DNA of 64,000 nucleotides from Yuukianura sp. NJ FZ-2021 (Eukaryota): NCBI GenBank assembly GCA_046563655.1, contig CM102285.1, positions 12,896,001 to 12,960,000 of the forward strand, read 5' to 3'. Shown piece by piece: positions 11,819 to 25,419 of this stretch (position 1 is its first letter; each line of letters starts with the position of its first letter). The notes under the pieces were generated by a model. It saw only the letters and a program-made list of their open reading frames with translations, ran no database searches and was not told where the DNA came from. The position numbers and the translations under genes were made by a program.

Positions 11819-14800
11819 ATGGCCCCCCTTCCCTCTGCCCCTTCTTCCTTTCCCTCTGTACCTTCAGTCCTTTCTAGTAATTTCAAATTTAAAATTTTAC
11901 AAATTTTGACACCTTCTTCCTCCTTTTCCTTAAGATTTTGTTCCTCATCTGCATTTACTTCTTCTGTAATCTGGATCTCAGTATTAGCATCTCTCCTTAC
12001 TTTAGCAGCATCTTCTAATACACAGTCTCCACCCAAAGTAAGACAGTTCAAAATTTTCTGTTAAAATTCAACCTAAAGATTCTTATTTCAATTCTTAAGT
12101 TATAAATTTTAACTTTTTATGTTTTAGGTTCACACTCTTATGAGTACGAAGCAACTTCAGAGTATTTTCCATGTGGATAGTCATGACGAAGGTAAAGTCA
12201 ATTCCACAATTCCTGCTTTTTAAGTGACACACTTTTACGAATTGCCAAGTGATTAGTACCCCTCCCTCCCCTTTGACCTTTGTCATGCAAAGTTAGCTCA
12301 GTTACTTACAAAAAGTGTCATTTCAAGTACTCACTACTTATTTTTCTAAGGACTCCACAATTACAAACCACTTAGCCTGTCTGTTCGTAAATTTGCAATT
12401 GATCGTAATTTGAAAAACACTTAGTATCTGGTGGTACTTGTCCAAATAAACCTTGGAGGAACCCAATTCCAACTTGCTAAAATTTATAAGTCGAAAGACC
12501 TCTTGTTTTCTCGAATTGACAAAACAATAACTTTTAACATTAGAAATTAAGTTCTAAAATTAGTCGAGGTTTTTGAGATTTATTTTTCACAACTAAAACA
12601 ATACTATGCATAAACTGACGGTAAAATCAAGGATGAAACTATATTTGACTAAACGGGTGCCCTTCACTCCCTAATGGGGGCCAAACAACTAAAAAAGTCG
12701 CCAATTATTGGAATGCGGTGTAATTGGTCACAAGGATTTTGGTTTTACAAATATTTGCGATTTTTCACCTTCGTTTGACATCAACGCCATTTGAAATTTC
12801 AAAATTTTATTTCTTGCTCAAATTGAGCCAAAAAAGGTGGACACATGTTCGGATCCAAAAAATCGAATGTTTTGAATAAATTTCAAAAATCAGTTAGGTG
12901 AATTCAAATATTTCAAAAATCAAATATCATTTTGTTTTAGAAAATTTTCTGCAACTTTTTGAAAGCCTGATGCAATTTTCGGAAAAATGTAAGCGTTGGG
13001 TAATTATGTGGTTAAAAATAGTTTTTGTTGTGTTCAAATGTAACAATGGACATGAAATGCGGGAGTAAACAATGAAATTTAGGTCTGGGGCAAGGTAAAT
13101 AGAATACTCATAGGTACGGTTGTTGAAAATTGTTTTTTCAAAACTGAGTTGCTATGGGATTTCTTTGCCTCCGAGTTCACTCATTTACAGTGTTGTTCAA
13201 GATTTTCAGCATTTTAGTCTCAATACTTTCGCCGCAAACTTAAAAATAGCTTAAAAACTCGGATGAACCTGTATTTTCACTCGGAGTGACGTCACTGTGA
13301 GTGAAATTGTAAACAAATAAAGAATCGGTTTTGGTCGCTAAGGCATTTTTGCCGCCCCCTGGGTCTGGGGCACTTTTTTTTCAAAAACGGTTCACTTTCT
13401 TCCGTGTGAAGGTCGGAGGAAGTGACATTTTTACGGAAGGACAATTTTGGACATTTTCAGAACACGTCAAGGGCACTTCGGGAAACCTATGATTTCTCTG
13501 ACCCTGTCAAATGTTAAACATAACATGTACCAAAATAGAAACTTTTGTGTCAAAATAGAAAATTTTGTGAAAAACTAAAATTATGATATGACATTTTTTG
13601 AAATTTAATTTGCAGTGCCAGAATACGAAGTAGTGTCAATACGATCGCTGACCAAGCGGTCACTGGAAGAGAAGCGCCTAGTGTCTTTCAATGCCTTTGG
13701 ACAGGACTTGCGTCTTTCACTTAAACGAAATCCGCACATTGTCAAAACGACTCTGCGCATGTGGATTGCAGAACCAGATCAGACTTCAGGCGTCCACTAC
13801 AAGGAGTTACCACAGGTTAGTCAATTCAATTAACTTAATTGTTGTCCAACTAAAACAAAGTTGGCGTCATGTCTCATGTACCATTTTTGCACAATTGGCG
13901 AATTTGTCAATTTGTAAATTTGTGACATTGAGCAGTCACTTTTAATGTTGAAATCGAGTCACCTTTTTTACACTATGAAGATGTTCATAATCAAAACTCA
14001 CAGCAGGAAAACTGCATTAAAATTAAGTTCAAGGACCCTGATTACACCTATTTTTTAGTTCCCCAAAACAAGTCCAGGTTGCGAAATTTTGGCAAACCCA
14101 TTTTTTGCAAGTGCAAAAAAGATATCGTGAAACAAAAGCGACAAAAAGACAAAAGGACGCTCGTGCTCTTTTAATTGCTTTTGCAAAAGTTCTAAAACAT
14201 TCGACATTCTCTTTCACTTCGATTGCAGAAGTTTTAGGAAATTGCAAATTCCCGATTGCAAATTTATTTTAGTCATTTGGAAGCTTATGAGGAGCGGAAA
14301 CTTGTAACTTTGATGCAATTTTTATGAATTTTGCAAACCTTAATTGCAAATAAACCCAAAGGCATAACTTGTACTGCCGTAAGTTTGAGAATGAGTCAAG
14401 GGAATTTCCTGTTGGCTGTAAAAACAAAGTCAATTGTTTGTCACTGGGATTTACTTTTGCAAAAATCCATCTTTCGCAAAGGAAATCCACAAATATAATC
14501 TCCGAATCTGCAAATCTATTGTCTTGTCATGCTCATTGCAAGGATCTTGAGCGGACGGACGTTATGCAACGATGCGCCATTTTGGACAAAAATTTGCAAC
14601 TTCCTTTTCCGGTCCATCGCATATTACATTTTAGCCAAAGTTTAAATTAGCTCACTGCAATTTAAATTTAGTTCGTAGTTAGTCCAATTTGAATTGCACT
14701 TTACGAAAAAGTGCATAATTCCATTTCCTCTTTTAAAGAAAACAATCGAAACGCTTGGAAAGTAGTTTTTTAGCGTGCGAATCTGCCACGAGTGATGTCA

Positions 14801-17800
14801 CAATTGAACAATACGGAAAGGGAAAACGTTTTTTTCTTTGTATTGTGATCATATTGCAAAGAAAATAAGACTTTTGCAAAAAATTTTCGCACTATTAGCA
14901 GTGGTGCGTGTTAGTTTTTTGTTATGTTGAAGTTTAAACTTCACTTCAAATCGTCTTACGTCTAGCATCAATTTTGTCAATCCTTTGAGAAAATTTGTAA
15001 CTCAAAGAACTTTGTGCGGTTTTGCTAAAAATGTGTGGAATGCGAATCTCATGGTTACAAAAAGTGCACTAAAGCGTAAAAAATTTCAACGCTTTGCTTC
15101 CCTATTCCACGCTTTCACTTGCTCAAGAACTTTATTTTGCACAGTACAACAAAAAAAAACACAAAGTATTATACGCATCTCCTCAAAATTTTGATGAAGT
15201 TTTTGAAATTTTGTATTGAAAATGTATATTTAGCCTTCTCGCAAATGTCAAAGTACTTTTTAAAATCTCAGGGTTAAGTGGGCTTAAATTCTACCAATCA
15301 GGAAACGCCACAGTTACTTCCTGTGTTCAAATCAATTAAGTTTATTAAGCCCTACGCATATTCGCTATGTCACGTTCATCAAATGTTAGGTTAAAAGTTA
15401 GGGCAGCCTAACCTAACAACGATAATTGAAAGTGAACGTGACAGGATTAATATGCTCAGACGTCCAAGGTCGTTTCTAACAATAGTTTTTAATGTCACTT
15501 CTAAGTCCGGTACATCGCCACCACCGTTACTTTTAACTTTAACTGCTGCCATATTTTAAGGTTAAGCTAAGTTTATGTTCAAAAGGTGCTTAGAATTAGT
15601 TTTAGAATTGCACAGGAAGGATACGCCTCAAAAATTACACCAAAGTGTCTGATATGTCTCCACACCCCTTCCTTCCTCTTACCTTTGAATCACAATTTAG
15701 GTCAGGGGTTAACCACTAAGGTCTCCTATTAAAACATTATGCTCAATTACAAACAAAACACTAATTCATTTAGCGTGAAAGTGCAAGTTAAAAGAAAAAA
15801 ATTTGCTCGTTTTGTTCTCAACACCGTATAATTTTCAATATGAGAGTTCGATTTTGATTTTTAGTTTCGTAGAAACTGTAATGGTCAAAGTAATTTCAAA
15901 ATGATCAAAAAATGAAAAAGCAAAGGTCAAGAGGCGAAAATGGTTTTCGGGTTTAATTATTTTTAATCCTTTCATTTTTTGATCTTTTCACTTTTTGACC
16001 TTTTCACTTTTTGACCAAATTGTTTTTAACCATATTACACGGAGCTGATTTTGATTTCCTGTCTTAAATTTTAGTATGTACACGAATCTACTAATTGAAA
16101 ACAAAGATTTTAAGATTTCGATTTTTGTCGCTATATTGAATTGAACTTCTATGAAATTTGCAAATTTTCATTTTTGAGTAAAAATCGTAATTTCTTCTCC
16201 TGCAAACCTAAGTAAAAAACATGATATTAAGATAAATGAGCAAGAAAATCACTCACTGTCGTTTTCCAATGTTATGTAAACAGGAATGATAAAGCAGAAG
16301 CAAAATCGTGATTCGTGACACTACTATAATGTACTTAATTGTTACTTTTCCGTGATTTCCTCATTAGATTCAGTTACGATACTTTTTTGAGCCAAAGTGT
16401 TGAAGCCAATTAACTGATTAACACCATTGAGCAGATGCAGCGCCTAATGCTTCAAAAGTGTCTAAAATTTAGCATTTCTTTGAATTTCGTAGGAAGCGGA
16501 AGAAGAAATCGGAGAAGCCTATCAAGATGAAAAAAATCAAGCAGCTCTACTCATCCACCATGACAGAGACGACGGGTCTTTGCTAATGGTAAAAATGGCA
16601 GAGCAAATTTGAACAAACATGACAAAGTTTGTCGAAATTTTGAAAAAGTAATGTCGGAAAAGCGAGTTTGTTCATTTTAGTTTTTTGTTTGTTGACATGT
16701 GCAGGACGGAATGGTTGGAACAAATCTAGTCGTGAAACCAATTCCATCCATGTTTCGTAACAAAGTCGCCAAACATCCGCATCGTGACGATGACGAAGCT
16801 TTTCTGGACGAAGAAGCTGGAGATGACTGGGTCGTTAGTAAAGGATTTCCAAATGTTAATGAATCCTTACCGTACTTAGGTCTACTCAATTCTACTAAAG
16901 GAATTCACATTATTTACCAAACGAAACACATCGATTCGCACTCTGACTATGCTCTGATGGAACCGGACCAACCATTTTTCAAGTCATCTCTGTACAAAAG
17001 TACAAGTCACAAAAACCGGACGAAACGATCCACCGGTACTAGTGGAACTGAGCGATCCTCTAGAAGAAAACGAGAAGCTCCATTTGTGATTTACCCTGAA
17101 ATACTAGTGATAGTCGACTACGACGGTTATAGACTTCATGGTGGAGACAACCTTCAAGTGAAACGGTACTTTGTATCGTTCTGGAACGGAGTCGACCTAC
17201 GATACAAAACACTCAAGGGACCTAAAGTTCGGATTTCAATTGCTGGAATCATAATTTCAAGGGTAAATTTTTGGAAAAACAGCCCAAAACTGGCCAAATT
17301 TACCAAAATTAGCCGAATTTCACCAAAATTGGACAAAATTTTCAAATGAAATGTTTTTCAAAAATTTTGAAATTGTGGTTTTTCAGGGTCGTGATGCTAC
17401 ACCGTACCTGGAGAAGAATCGTGTGGGGCGAGATGCTCTGGACTCAGCCTCAGCACTAACAGATCTTGGCAAATATTTATTTCAAGAGCGTCGCCTACCT
17501 GTTTACGACATTGCAGTTGTTGTTACTAAGTAAGTTCATTAACCCCGGTGGGGTTTTGGGGGTTACGGGGTCACAAGGTCACGAAATTTCAAAGTGTCGA
17601 TGGTCAATTTCTTAAAATGTGTCAAGTTTCAAAAATTTTGACCAAATCTATAACAATTTTGACCTATCACGTTTAGGTATGATATGTGTCGCAGAAGAGA
17701 TGGTGGAAGCTGTAGTCGTGGTACAGCGGGTATGTTTAAAAAAGATTTTCAAAGTTTCAAAAAAGAGGTGACCAATCCTAAACGCAGCGTCGCTTTGTTC

Positions 17801-20420
17801 AATTCACCCATGAAAAATTAACGCTGTACAGAAAATCTTAATCAAAATTTGCGTAGCCTAAGCAAAATCTCACATTTCTGACTCGCGCAAAATCATAAAA
17901 TGGGAAAATTTCAAATGTAATGCTAAACTTTTTAAAACATTGGACTGAAACTAGGTCAAGGTCAAAGGTCAAGGTAGACTACAAGTTGAATGTTCAACTT
18001 CGTGTGTTTTACGTTTCAGATCGACTCTTTCACTGTCATTTTGTATTTCAGATTAGACATGTGTCGAAGGCAGTTTGCCAACGACGTTTGCAATCGTGGT
18101 ACAGCAGGTAAACTTTCACCTGACTTTCCTTTTTTCCCATAACTTGCACGACCTTGAAAAATTGTTGACTGCACGAAGTTTGAATTTGTGGAGATGCACT
18201 TTGTAGACTGTCCTTACCGTAGTTGCACTGCAATACACAATCTTGACATTGCGGACCAGTTACCGTTCGTAAAAAGTTTTGTCGTAGGTAAAAAACCACA
18301 CTTCTGGCAAGTTTAGAAAATAGACGCCTGTACCTGTAGAGAAAGTTTACGGTAAAATTCAACTTTGCTTTCATAGCTTGGGTGCTTAAAGGTTGGAATG
18401 AGCTTGTAATTTTTTAACTTAATTAACTTCTATTAACTTGTATGATTTGTACATATCTAAATCCCAATGCTTCGTAACTTAAATTTTGAAAAGTTCAAAC
18501 TAAATTGACCTCGATTGACCTCACTCTCTAGGATTTGCTTACGTTGGAGGGGCATGCGTTGTAAATAAAAGACTGGAAAAAGTCAATTCTGTCGCAATCG
18601 TTGAAGATACTGGAGGATTTTCTGGGATTATCGTAGCTGCTCATGAAGTCGGGCATTTGTAAGTTGAAGAATATGAAATTTCAAAACATGTTTTGAATTC
18701 GTGAACTTTTTTTTTGGAAATTGAAATTTCTAGACTTGGATGTGTCCATGACGGTTCTCCAGCCCCAAGTTACCTAGGTGGACCTGGAGCACAAAAATGT
18801 CGGTGGGAAGATGGCTACATCATGAGCGATTTGCGTCACACGGAGAGAGGCTTCCAATGGTCTCCTTGTTCAATATCCCAATTCAACCACTTCCTAAAGT
18901 AAAATTTTGAAAAAGAAACATTGAAAATTTAAAATTTTATGAGTTGTTTTTGAAATTGATGTAGCGGTGACACTGCCACTTGTTTGTACAACTCTCCCCA
19001 TGAAGACAGTTCCCTTCCAAGAGTCCTTCCAGGAAAACTGCTGAGCCTGGACGCTCAATGCCGCAAGGACAGAGGCACTTCAGCATGTTTCGTAAGTTGA
19101 AAATTCAACTTTAGAAAACTTCAAAAGCCAGTTTTTTTTTCCAAGAATTTGAAAAACTGCGTATGTTTTCAAAATTTTACAGAAAGACGACAGAGTATGC
19201 GCCCAACTGTTTTGTTTTGACGCAACGTCGGGGTATTGCGTCGCTTACCGTCCAGCGGCTGAAGGCTCCCCTTGCGGAGATGGCCACGTAAGGTCAAAAA
19301 GCTAAAAGGTCAAAGGTCACGTACCAAAACTTTGCTAACGAAATTGTATGTGTTTTGGAAAACTTTGTAGCAACATTGTGTGAGCGGTCGATGTGTTGTA
19401 GAACATGAAAATATTATTCCTGACTACTCTCATATTACGCCATCAGTAGTACGAGGGGACTCTTCATCAGCAGCCAAATCCTCAACATTTACTTTTCCCT
19501 CTTCAACGTGAGTTTGTTCAACAAAAAATTGCAGACTTCTTCCATTGTGGAAGATGACGCAGGGGTCAGTGACCTCTGACCTTACGCGCTTTTTTGTTGC
19601 ATGTGCATGCGGGGAGAAACGAATTTAGCTGAAATTGATTTTTGAAAATTTAAAATTTGCATGTTTTTTGAAAATTGCATGAGTTGCATCTGAATGTAGG
19701 ACATCCGTCGTATTACGTCACAACGAAATTCTTAAATGTTAAGGTTACAATATTAAATTAACTTTAATTTGCTTTTACTATTACTCAACAACTAACTTAT
19801 GGTTTCTGGAGCTAACTGATGGCGGTGACATGACCTCTGACAACAAACTCAACGGTCACAATGTTAGTATCTTCATTGTAAAAATTGTAAAAACGAAATA
19901 CAGATCCGCCATGACAGTGGCTCCACCAATCAACGTGACCCACCACCAGACTCCGCCACCAGGAGCCGCCGGACATACCAAATCTTTCGAAGATTTTGCT
20001 TCTTCCACCACCCATGCAACAATTGTTGCAAAAAGCACAACTACTGTCAAACTACGAAAACCGTCAAGCAGTTAGCCTAATTTAAAAAAAAATGAAATTT
20101 CACCTAGCCTAATTTAAAAAAAACAACAAACATATTACGTCGTCACTTTTCACCCAAAAGCGCTTCCACTTTTAAGTTCCTCCAATTAAAGCATTGTAAA
20201 TTCCGTTCTAATTCTGTTTTAAAATTTTGAAATTTCAGAATCTAATTCCCATAAACTCGAAAGTGGTGTGGTGACCTGTGGAAATCGAGTGGATCGAATC
20301 GGTGGTGGTTTGACATGTGCCGAGTTCCTGACTCGATTTGGCTACAAATACTGCTCTTCCCACTATATTCAACAAAACTGTTGTTTGGCCCATAAAACCG
20401 TTTGTACTACTCTCTTCTGA
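11819..20420 (+). CDS. sona: Secreted reprolysin/ADAMTS-like zinc metalloprotease (Sol narae-like)
   Basis: Exons: 11819-12037 (hydrophobic signal-like stretch), 12128-12191, 13616-13815, 16493-16588, 16705-17261, 17387-17529, [17677-17729 or 18052-18107], 18531-18658, 18733-18898, 18965-19091, 19182-19287, 19371-19507, 19904-20070, 20239-20420. It has a prodomain with RTKR and RRKR furin sites, the zinc motif HEVGHLLGCVH, a Met-turn (YIMS), a Cys-rich domain, an S/T linker and a C-terminal 6-Cys module. The sona assignment is from recalled similarity. Confidence 0.85.
15870..16043. repeat. Dispersed fold-back (MITE-like) repeat, copy 1, intronic
   Basis: The left arm ATGGTCAAA..TGATCAAAAAATGAAAA..GGTCAA is the inverse of the right arm TTTCATTTTTTGATC..TTTTGACC. 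It ends TTTGACCAAATTGTTTTTAACCATATTACACGG, which is shared with 46591-46770. Confidence 0.7.
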
Positions 20421-20774
20421 AGAAATGCTGGAGCTGCGGGAGTCCAGATACTTGTAATGTTAGGCTAAGGTAGCCTAAGCTAAGCTAAAAAAAATCTATA
20501 GGAGAAAGACAGAGTGACATAAGGCCTCCATATTGGCTTTATTTATATTACCTTTTAAATGTGCGCGCGTATGATTGGATACTTTATATAAAATGACTGA
20601 CTGAGTAGTAAAATAATAATTGTTAAAATACGATCAAATAAAAATGGATGAATGAAATTAGACAAGGAAAAACAAGAATTCAAAGGCCACGATTTAATTT
20701 TTTCGAAAAAGTCAATTTAATCACCAATTTGGTCAAAATTTTGAGTTTCTAAGAAAAGACTTTTGAGTTAGAAG

Positions 20775-22193
20775 TTACTTGATTTCTAACATATTTTGGA
20801 ATAGTTTAAAAGTTGGTTCACCCTCCAAATTTTGAAATCGTTGTAGCGTAAAATGTGGATGGACATGCGGATACGGATGTTTTCCAGAAATTGCCAAATC
20901 TGCCAAAATTTTGCCAACGACTGGAGCCAACTTAAACCCGTGTCCACTAAATCCACATCCAACGATAACATTTGGAGCATTCGGAAGAACATCAATGATA
21001 AATTGACCATCAGGACTTAAAGTGTACATGCAACTTTCAGTAAATGATGGTTTGGAAGCCACGCCTTCAAAATGCTTTTCCAGAAATGGTGCAGCATCTT
21101 CCAGAAGACTGTTCATGCCAGGTTCAAACGTTCTGTGATCAGGGTCACACGGTGTAGCCTCATCAGAAGCACATTTGATCAAATTCGGATACTCAAAGAC
21201 CGGAAATCCATAGACAAGTGCTTTACCATAATTCATAAACACTGGAAAGTTGGCAGCATTATACAAGTGGGGGTTATCAACTTTCCAGTATGCAATAGTA
21301 GTTTGGCTAGGTTGAAGTGGAAGTTTTGTTCCATTGAAATCTTGAACCAATTTTCCAGTCCAAGCACCAGCAGCAAGTACAATTTTTTTGGCGGTAAACA
21401 TTCGACCATCTTTGATTTGAACTTGAATGAAAGTACTGCCAGCATCACCAGCGTTTTTCTGTTGTTGGATTTTCGTCACTGGACAATTGTCCATGAAAGT
21501 GCATCCATTCTGTTTTGCCAAATTTTGAATTGTTGCTAAGGCTTTAGTTGCATTGAGTATTCCTCCATCTGGACTGTATATGGCAACAGTATCAGCGTTA
21601 AGCGTAATCGCTGGAAACTTTTCCTTGACTCCTTCTGGACTTAAAATCGTGTAGGGAATGTCAAATTTCTTCATATTTTTCATAATCATTTGAAAATGAG
21701 CGTTCGTTTTTCTTCCCAAACACACGCTGCCAGTTTTGGTCAAAAGCTATAAAAAAAACACAAAATTTGTCTTTCTTTCTTTGTCTTTACAAAAATTAAG
21801 AATATAAAATTTTGAATTTTTTGTCAATTTCAAACCTTTGTCTTCGCTTCTTGTTCAATCTGACCCCAAATTTTGTAAGCTTCAGGCATCAACGAAGTGT
21901 TGAACTCTTCAGTGTAGGTCATTCGAATAACTCTGTTTCAACACAAAAGGTCAAAGTTCAAAATAACCAAATTTTACATTTCTAAATTCTAAATGTACGA
22001 AAAATGTCATAAATCTTGTTATTTTGTACTTTTACCTGCTTTCTCCATGGCTTGAACCACGCTTATGCAGCGAATCAAATTGTTCCAGTAGAAGGACCTT
22101 TGACCCCAAAGTTTTTGACAAAAAATATGCTGCCGAAGCACCCATAATTCCAGCCCCGACAACAATTACCTCAAATTCAGGAACAGACGCCAT
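20775..22193 (-). CDS. FAD-dependent sarcosine / L-pipecolate oxidase (PIPOX/MSOX family)
   Basis: Three exons. Motifs: GAGIMG Rossmann, [14 protein letters not shown] (covalent-flavin Cys region) and [14 protein letters not shown]. Confidence 0.92.
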
Positions 22194-22891
22194 GGTTTAC
22201 ACGACAAATGCTTTACAAAAGTTTGGTTGTGAACAGAGAGTGATAGTTTTTGTCAACTGAACTTAAAGTTTGTTAAAGGTGAACTGGGGATTTCATATTA
22301 AGTACTAACCCTCTTGATACACTTCACACTTCTAACGATTTATGGTTACTATCTTGTTCAAACTAACGGATAAAACTGCTTACATAACTGGCTTCACTCT
22401 TATTATTATCAAATATGTTGCTAAGTTGAATGTTATGAAGAAGCAATATGACAAAAATCACACAGCAAAAGTGATCATAGAATGTTCGTTTTTTGATTTT
22501 TGATGAACACTTAAACAAGGCGTGCTTAAAACATTGGCACTTGCTTCTTCAGTTAATTAAAACCAATGTCTTTTCTAAGAACTATCAAAAGAACAATTTC
22601 AAACGTTCTTATTATAAAATTTTTAGTTGCACAATTAGTTAATTTAAAGACGTTAAAGTAAACCTAAACCGAAAACAGATTCCTTTTGTTGCATTTCGTT
22701 GTTTATTAGGTTTACACCACTAAATTCTAAGTATTTTAATTGTGATTGGTGCAATTTTGTTTAGCTGAGCGTCTATTGTTGCTTTGAAAGTTCATTTCAA
22801 CGAGGCTAACGTGAACCTAGTAACATTGACAGTTTATTCCTAGTAAATGTTGACGTTAACTAAAAAGCTGAGGCATTTTTGAAAGCTAGTG

Positions 22892-23836
22892 ATGTACACG
22901 TTCGGATTCATATCCATTTCAGTATTCTTTGTTCATCTACGTTTTCTAAACGCGGCACATCAAGGCGATGGGATTTGTCCTTTTGAAAAAACTGGAAACG
23001 CTCTAAATCAAACACGTTTTAGAAGACAAACTGGCGATTCCAGTCATAATGTTTGCGACTCAATGGTAACGCACTAATTTTTCGATTTAAAAGTTAAAAA
23101 AAAATTGTTTTTTAAGTTTCTATCGATCGGGTTAGGCTTTTGGGTTTTCAAATTGAATTTTGTCCAAAAACTTTTTTAGAAACCGCGTCGCGGTATTTTT
23201 GCGGCACAGACTTCCCCATGTCCCTGGAGAATTTTCATTTTTAAGGATGTAATTGAACAATCCCATGCACAACCAGGTAAAATCTAAAAAGAAAACGTAA
23301 CTTTTTGGATTGAAAACTTTTCCAGTACTTGACAGCATTTTTTCGTTTAGTAACCCTCGGCTCAACTACTGGAGAAAACGTTTTCAATGGTTTTTTAATC
23401 ACGGCCAGGAAACTGGTTCCAGGAGACGGAAGTTGTCAACTTGGAGATTTCCTTGGACATTTTGAACCACAATGGGATGTCACTCCTTATTGTTGTGGAG
23501 GAGCAATCACTCCAGTAAAGTTGAAATTTGTGTCTAAACATAATGCACAAGGATCAAAACATGAATTTTAAAATTTAGAATATGCTGGATGGATCTCTAA
23601 GTGCAAGAATCAAAAAAGCTAACCAGACGCTACTGTGGACAGCCCCGCCTAACTATACTGGATCATTTGTGTTCGTGTAAGTTATGTTGTGTCAAAAATA
23701 TGCTGGAACTGAAACTATTTTGAAAACTTTTAACTTTCACTTTATACTGAACAGAGCGAGTGTCTGGAAGACAGTGAGCAAGTACTGGTTTGAAATAAAA
23801 TCACCCGTGGTTAGTGTAATACCAAGAAAAATTTAA
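22892..23836 (+). CDS. Secreted Reeler-domain (putative defence) protein
   Basis: Signal-like N-terminus. Exons encode FNGFLITAR..LGHF..CC..LLWTAPPNYTGSFVFVASVWK..YW, the Reeler pattern. One internal exon boundary is uncertain. Confidence 0.8.
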
Positions 23837-23919
23837 GAACTTTGTGTATCATTATTATTCTTAAACAATTTCAATAAATCATTCAACAATTAAAAAAGCT
23901 ACACTCGACGAGAATTAAA

Positions 23920-25419
23920 TCATGGTTGCACAGATTCTGAGCGAAGATGGGCTTTTAAGTTGGCATACTTCAGTAAAACACGCAGACTGTCTCCAGGTCC
24001 CACTTCGAAGGTTGTTGGATATGGAAGATCTTTGGGCCTAAAAAGTTTTCAAGATTTTTAAAAAATTGCAAATTGTGATTTTTTTTTAAAATAGAATTTA
24101 CCTATGAAAAATGGAGTGCATCGTCTGCTCCCACAATACGGGTTTTGTAATTTGTTTCGGTAGTATCCTCCTAACCTCGGCCTCAGAGTGGTATCGTTTG
24201 CTAGTCACGTTAGAGAATACAGGAATACGAGGATGCTGGATCTCCACTTCCTTGAGAAAAGTCTTGACAGCAAATTCCGCTGGTTTCATAAGTTCTGTAT
24301 GAAAAGCTCCAGACACAGGTAGGGTCATTACTTTTCGTAAGTTGAAGTCTTTGTAATTCTTTTTCAGAAAGTCTATACATTCCCGGTGACCGGCGACAAC
24401 TTTTCCATGCGGAAACAAGTGAGATGCGACAGCACACACAGGATTTTCGATCTTGAATTCACGAGTTGCCCATTCCCTGGCAACTTCAAGTCCGAAGGCT
24501 GGAAAAGACAGAAAAAAAACTAAAGAATTGTTTCGGGGTTTTATTTGATTTAGTAAATTACTCACCTAATTTTGAATCTGCTCCATAAATTACCGTGGCC
24601 ATTTGACTCGGTACTTCGTCACAAGCGATTTGCATAGCTTCTGAACGAATCTTCACCAGTCTTACAGCGTCTTCAAATGAAATGACACCAGCAAAAACTA
24701 GTGCTGCGTATTCACCCACACTGAATCCAGCAACGGATACTGAAGTTTCAATGGCAATTGGATCCTTTTTCTCCAACTTGGTCATTGCACTTAGACTTGA
24801 CACGAGTATGGCCGGTTGAGAGTAAATTGTTTGGCTGAGCTGTTCGATAGGACCCTCTTTGCACAGTTTTAGCAAATCATATCCTAAGATATCAGAAGCG
24901 ATAGTAAATAGTTGGACATCCGGTGATTCACCACACATGCCAACATATTGAGTTCCTTGGCCAGGGAATAGCATCACCTGAAACAGAACGAGCAACATTT
25001 CAAACATGGCAGAAGATATTTTGAATTATTTCAATTTTGCATGGTTTTCCTCTTACAGAAGTTGTGGATGGATCAACAATGTGTCGTCGACTAGCCTCCT
25101 CTGCCGCATTTTCTCCGACGTTAAATATCTTCGTTTCTTTTGTATACGGACTCGATAGAAATGGATCTTCAGTAGGTAAGGTGCTTCCGCCAAGTGACTT
25201 AGCTTTACGAATGTGAACGTCATCGAAAGTAGCGGCAGCATCCAGCATTCGTGTCAGCGGTGCCTTTGGCTTGTCCTTTTTAGATTCGTCTGGAGGAGTA
25301 TCTGTTGAACCGTGAACAACCATTCGGCGACGCAGATTTCGCTGGGATTGCTTCATATTCACAACAGCATTTCGAGTATGGAGGCTTAACAGACCATGGA
25401 ATTTTTTACACCACATCAT
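23920..25419 (-). CDS. MCAT: Mitochondrial malonyl-CoA:ACP transacylase
   Basis: Four exons with FPGQGTQ, catalytic GFSVGEY, VSGAFHT and FEVGPG, preceded by a basic presequence. Confidence 0.96.

Noticed and set aside
11752..12051. 99-aa Glu-rich minus-strand ORF
   Set aside because: Antisense shadow of the Ser/Leu-rich first coding exon of the metalloprotease.
18108..18350. 10-nt complement (GAAAGTTTAC, 18341-18350) to the exon B donor GTAAACTTTC as a docking/selector structure for mutually exclusive splicing
   Set aside because: The pairing does not extend and is plausible by chance in AT-rich DNA. It would need covariation evidence.
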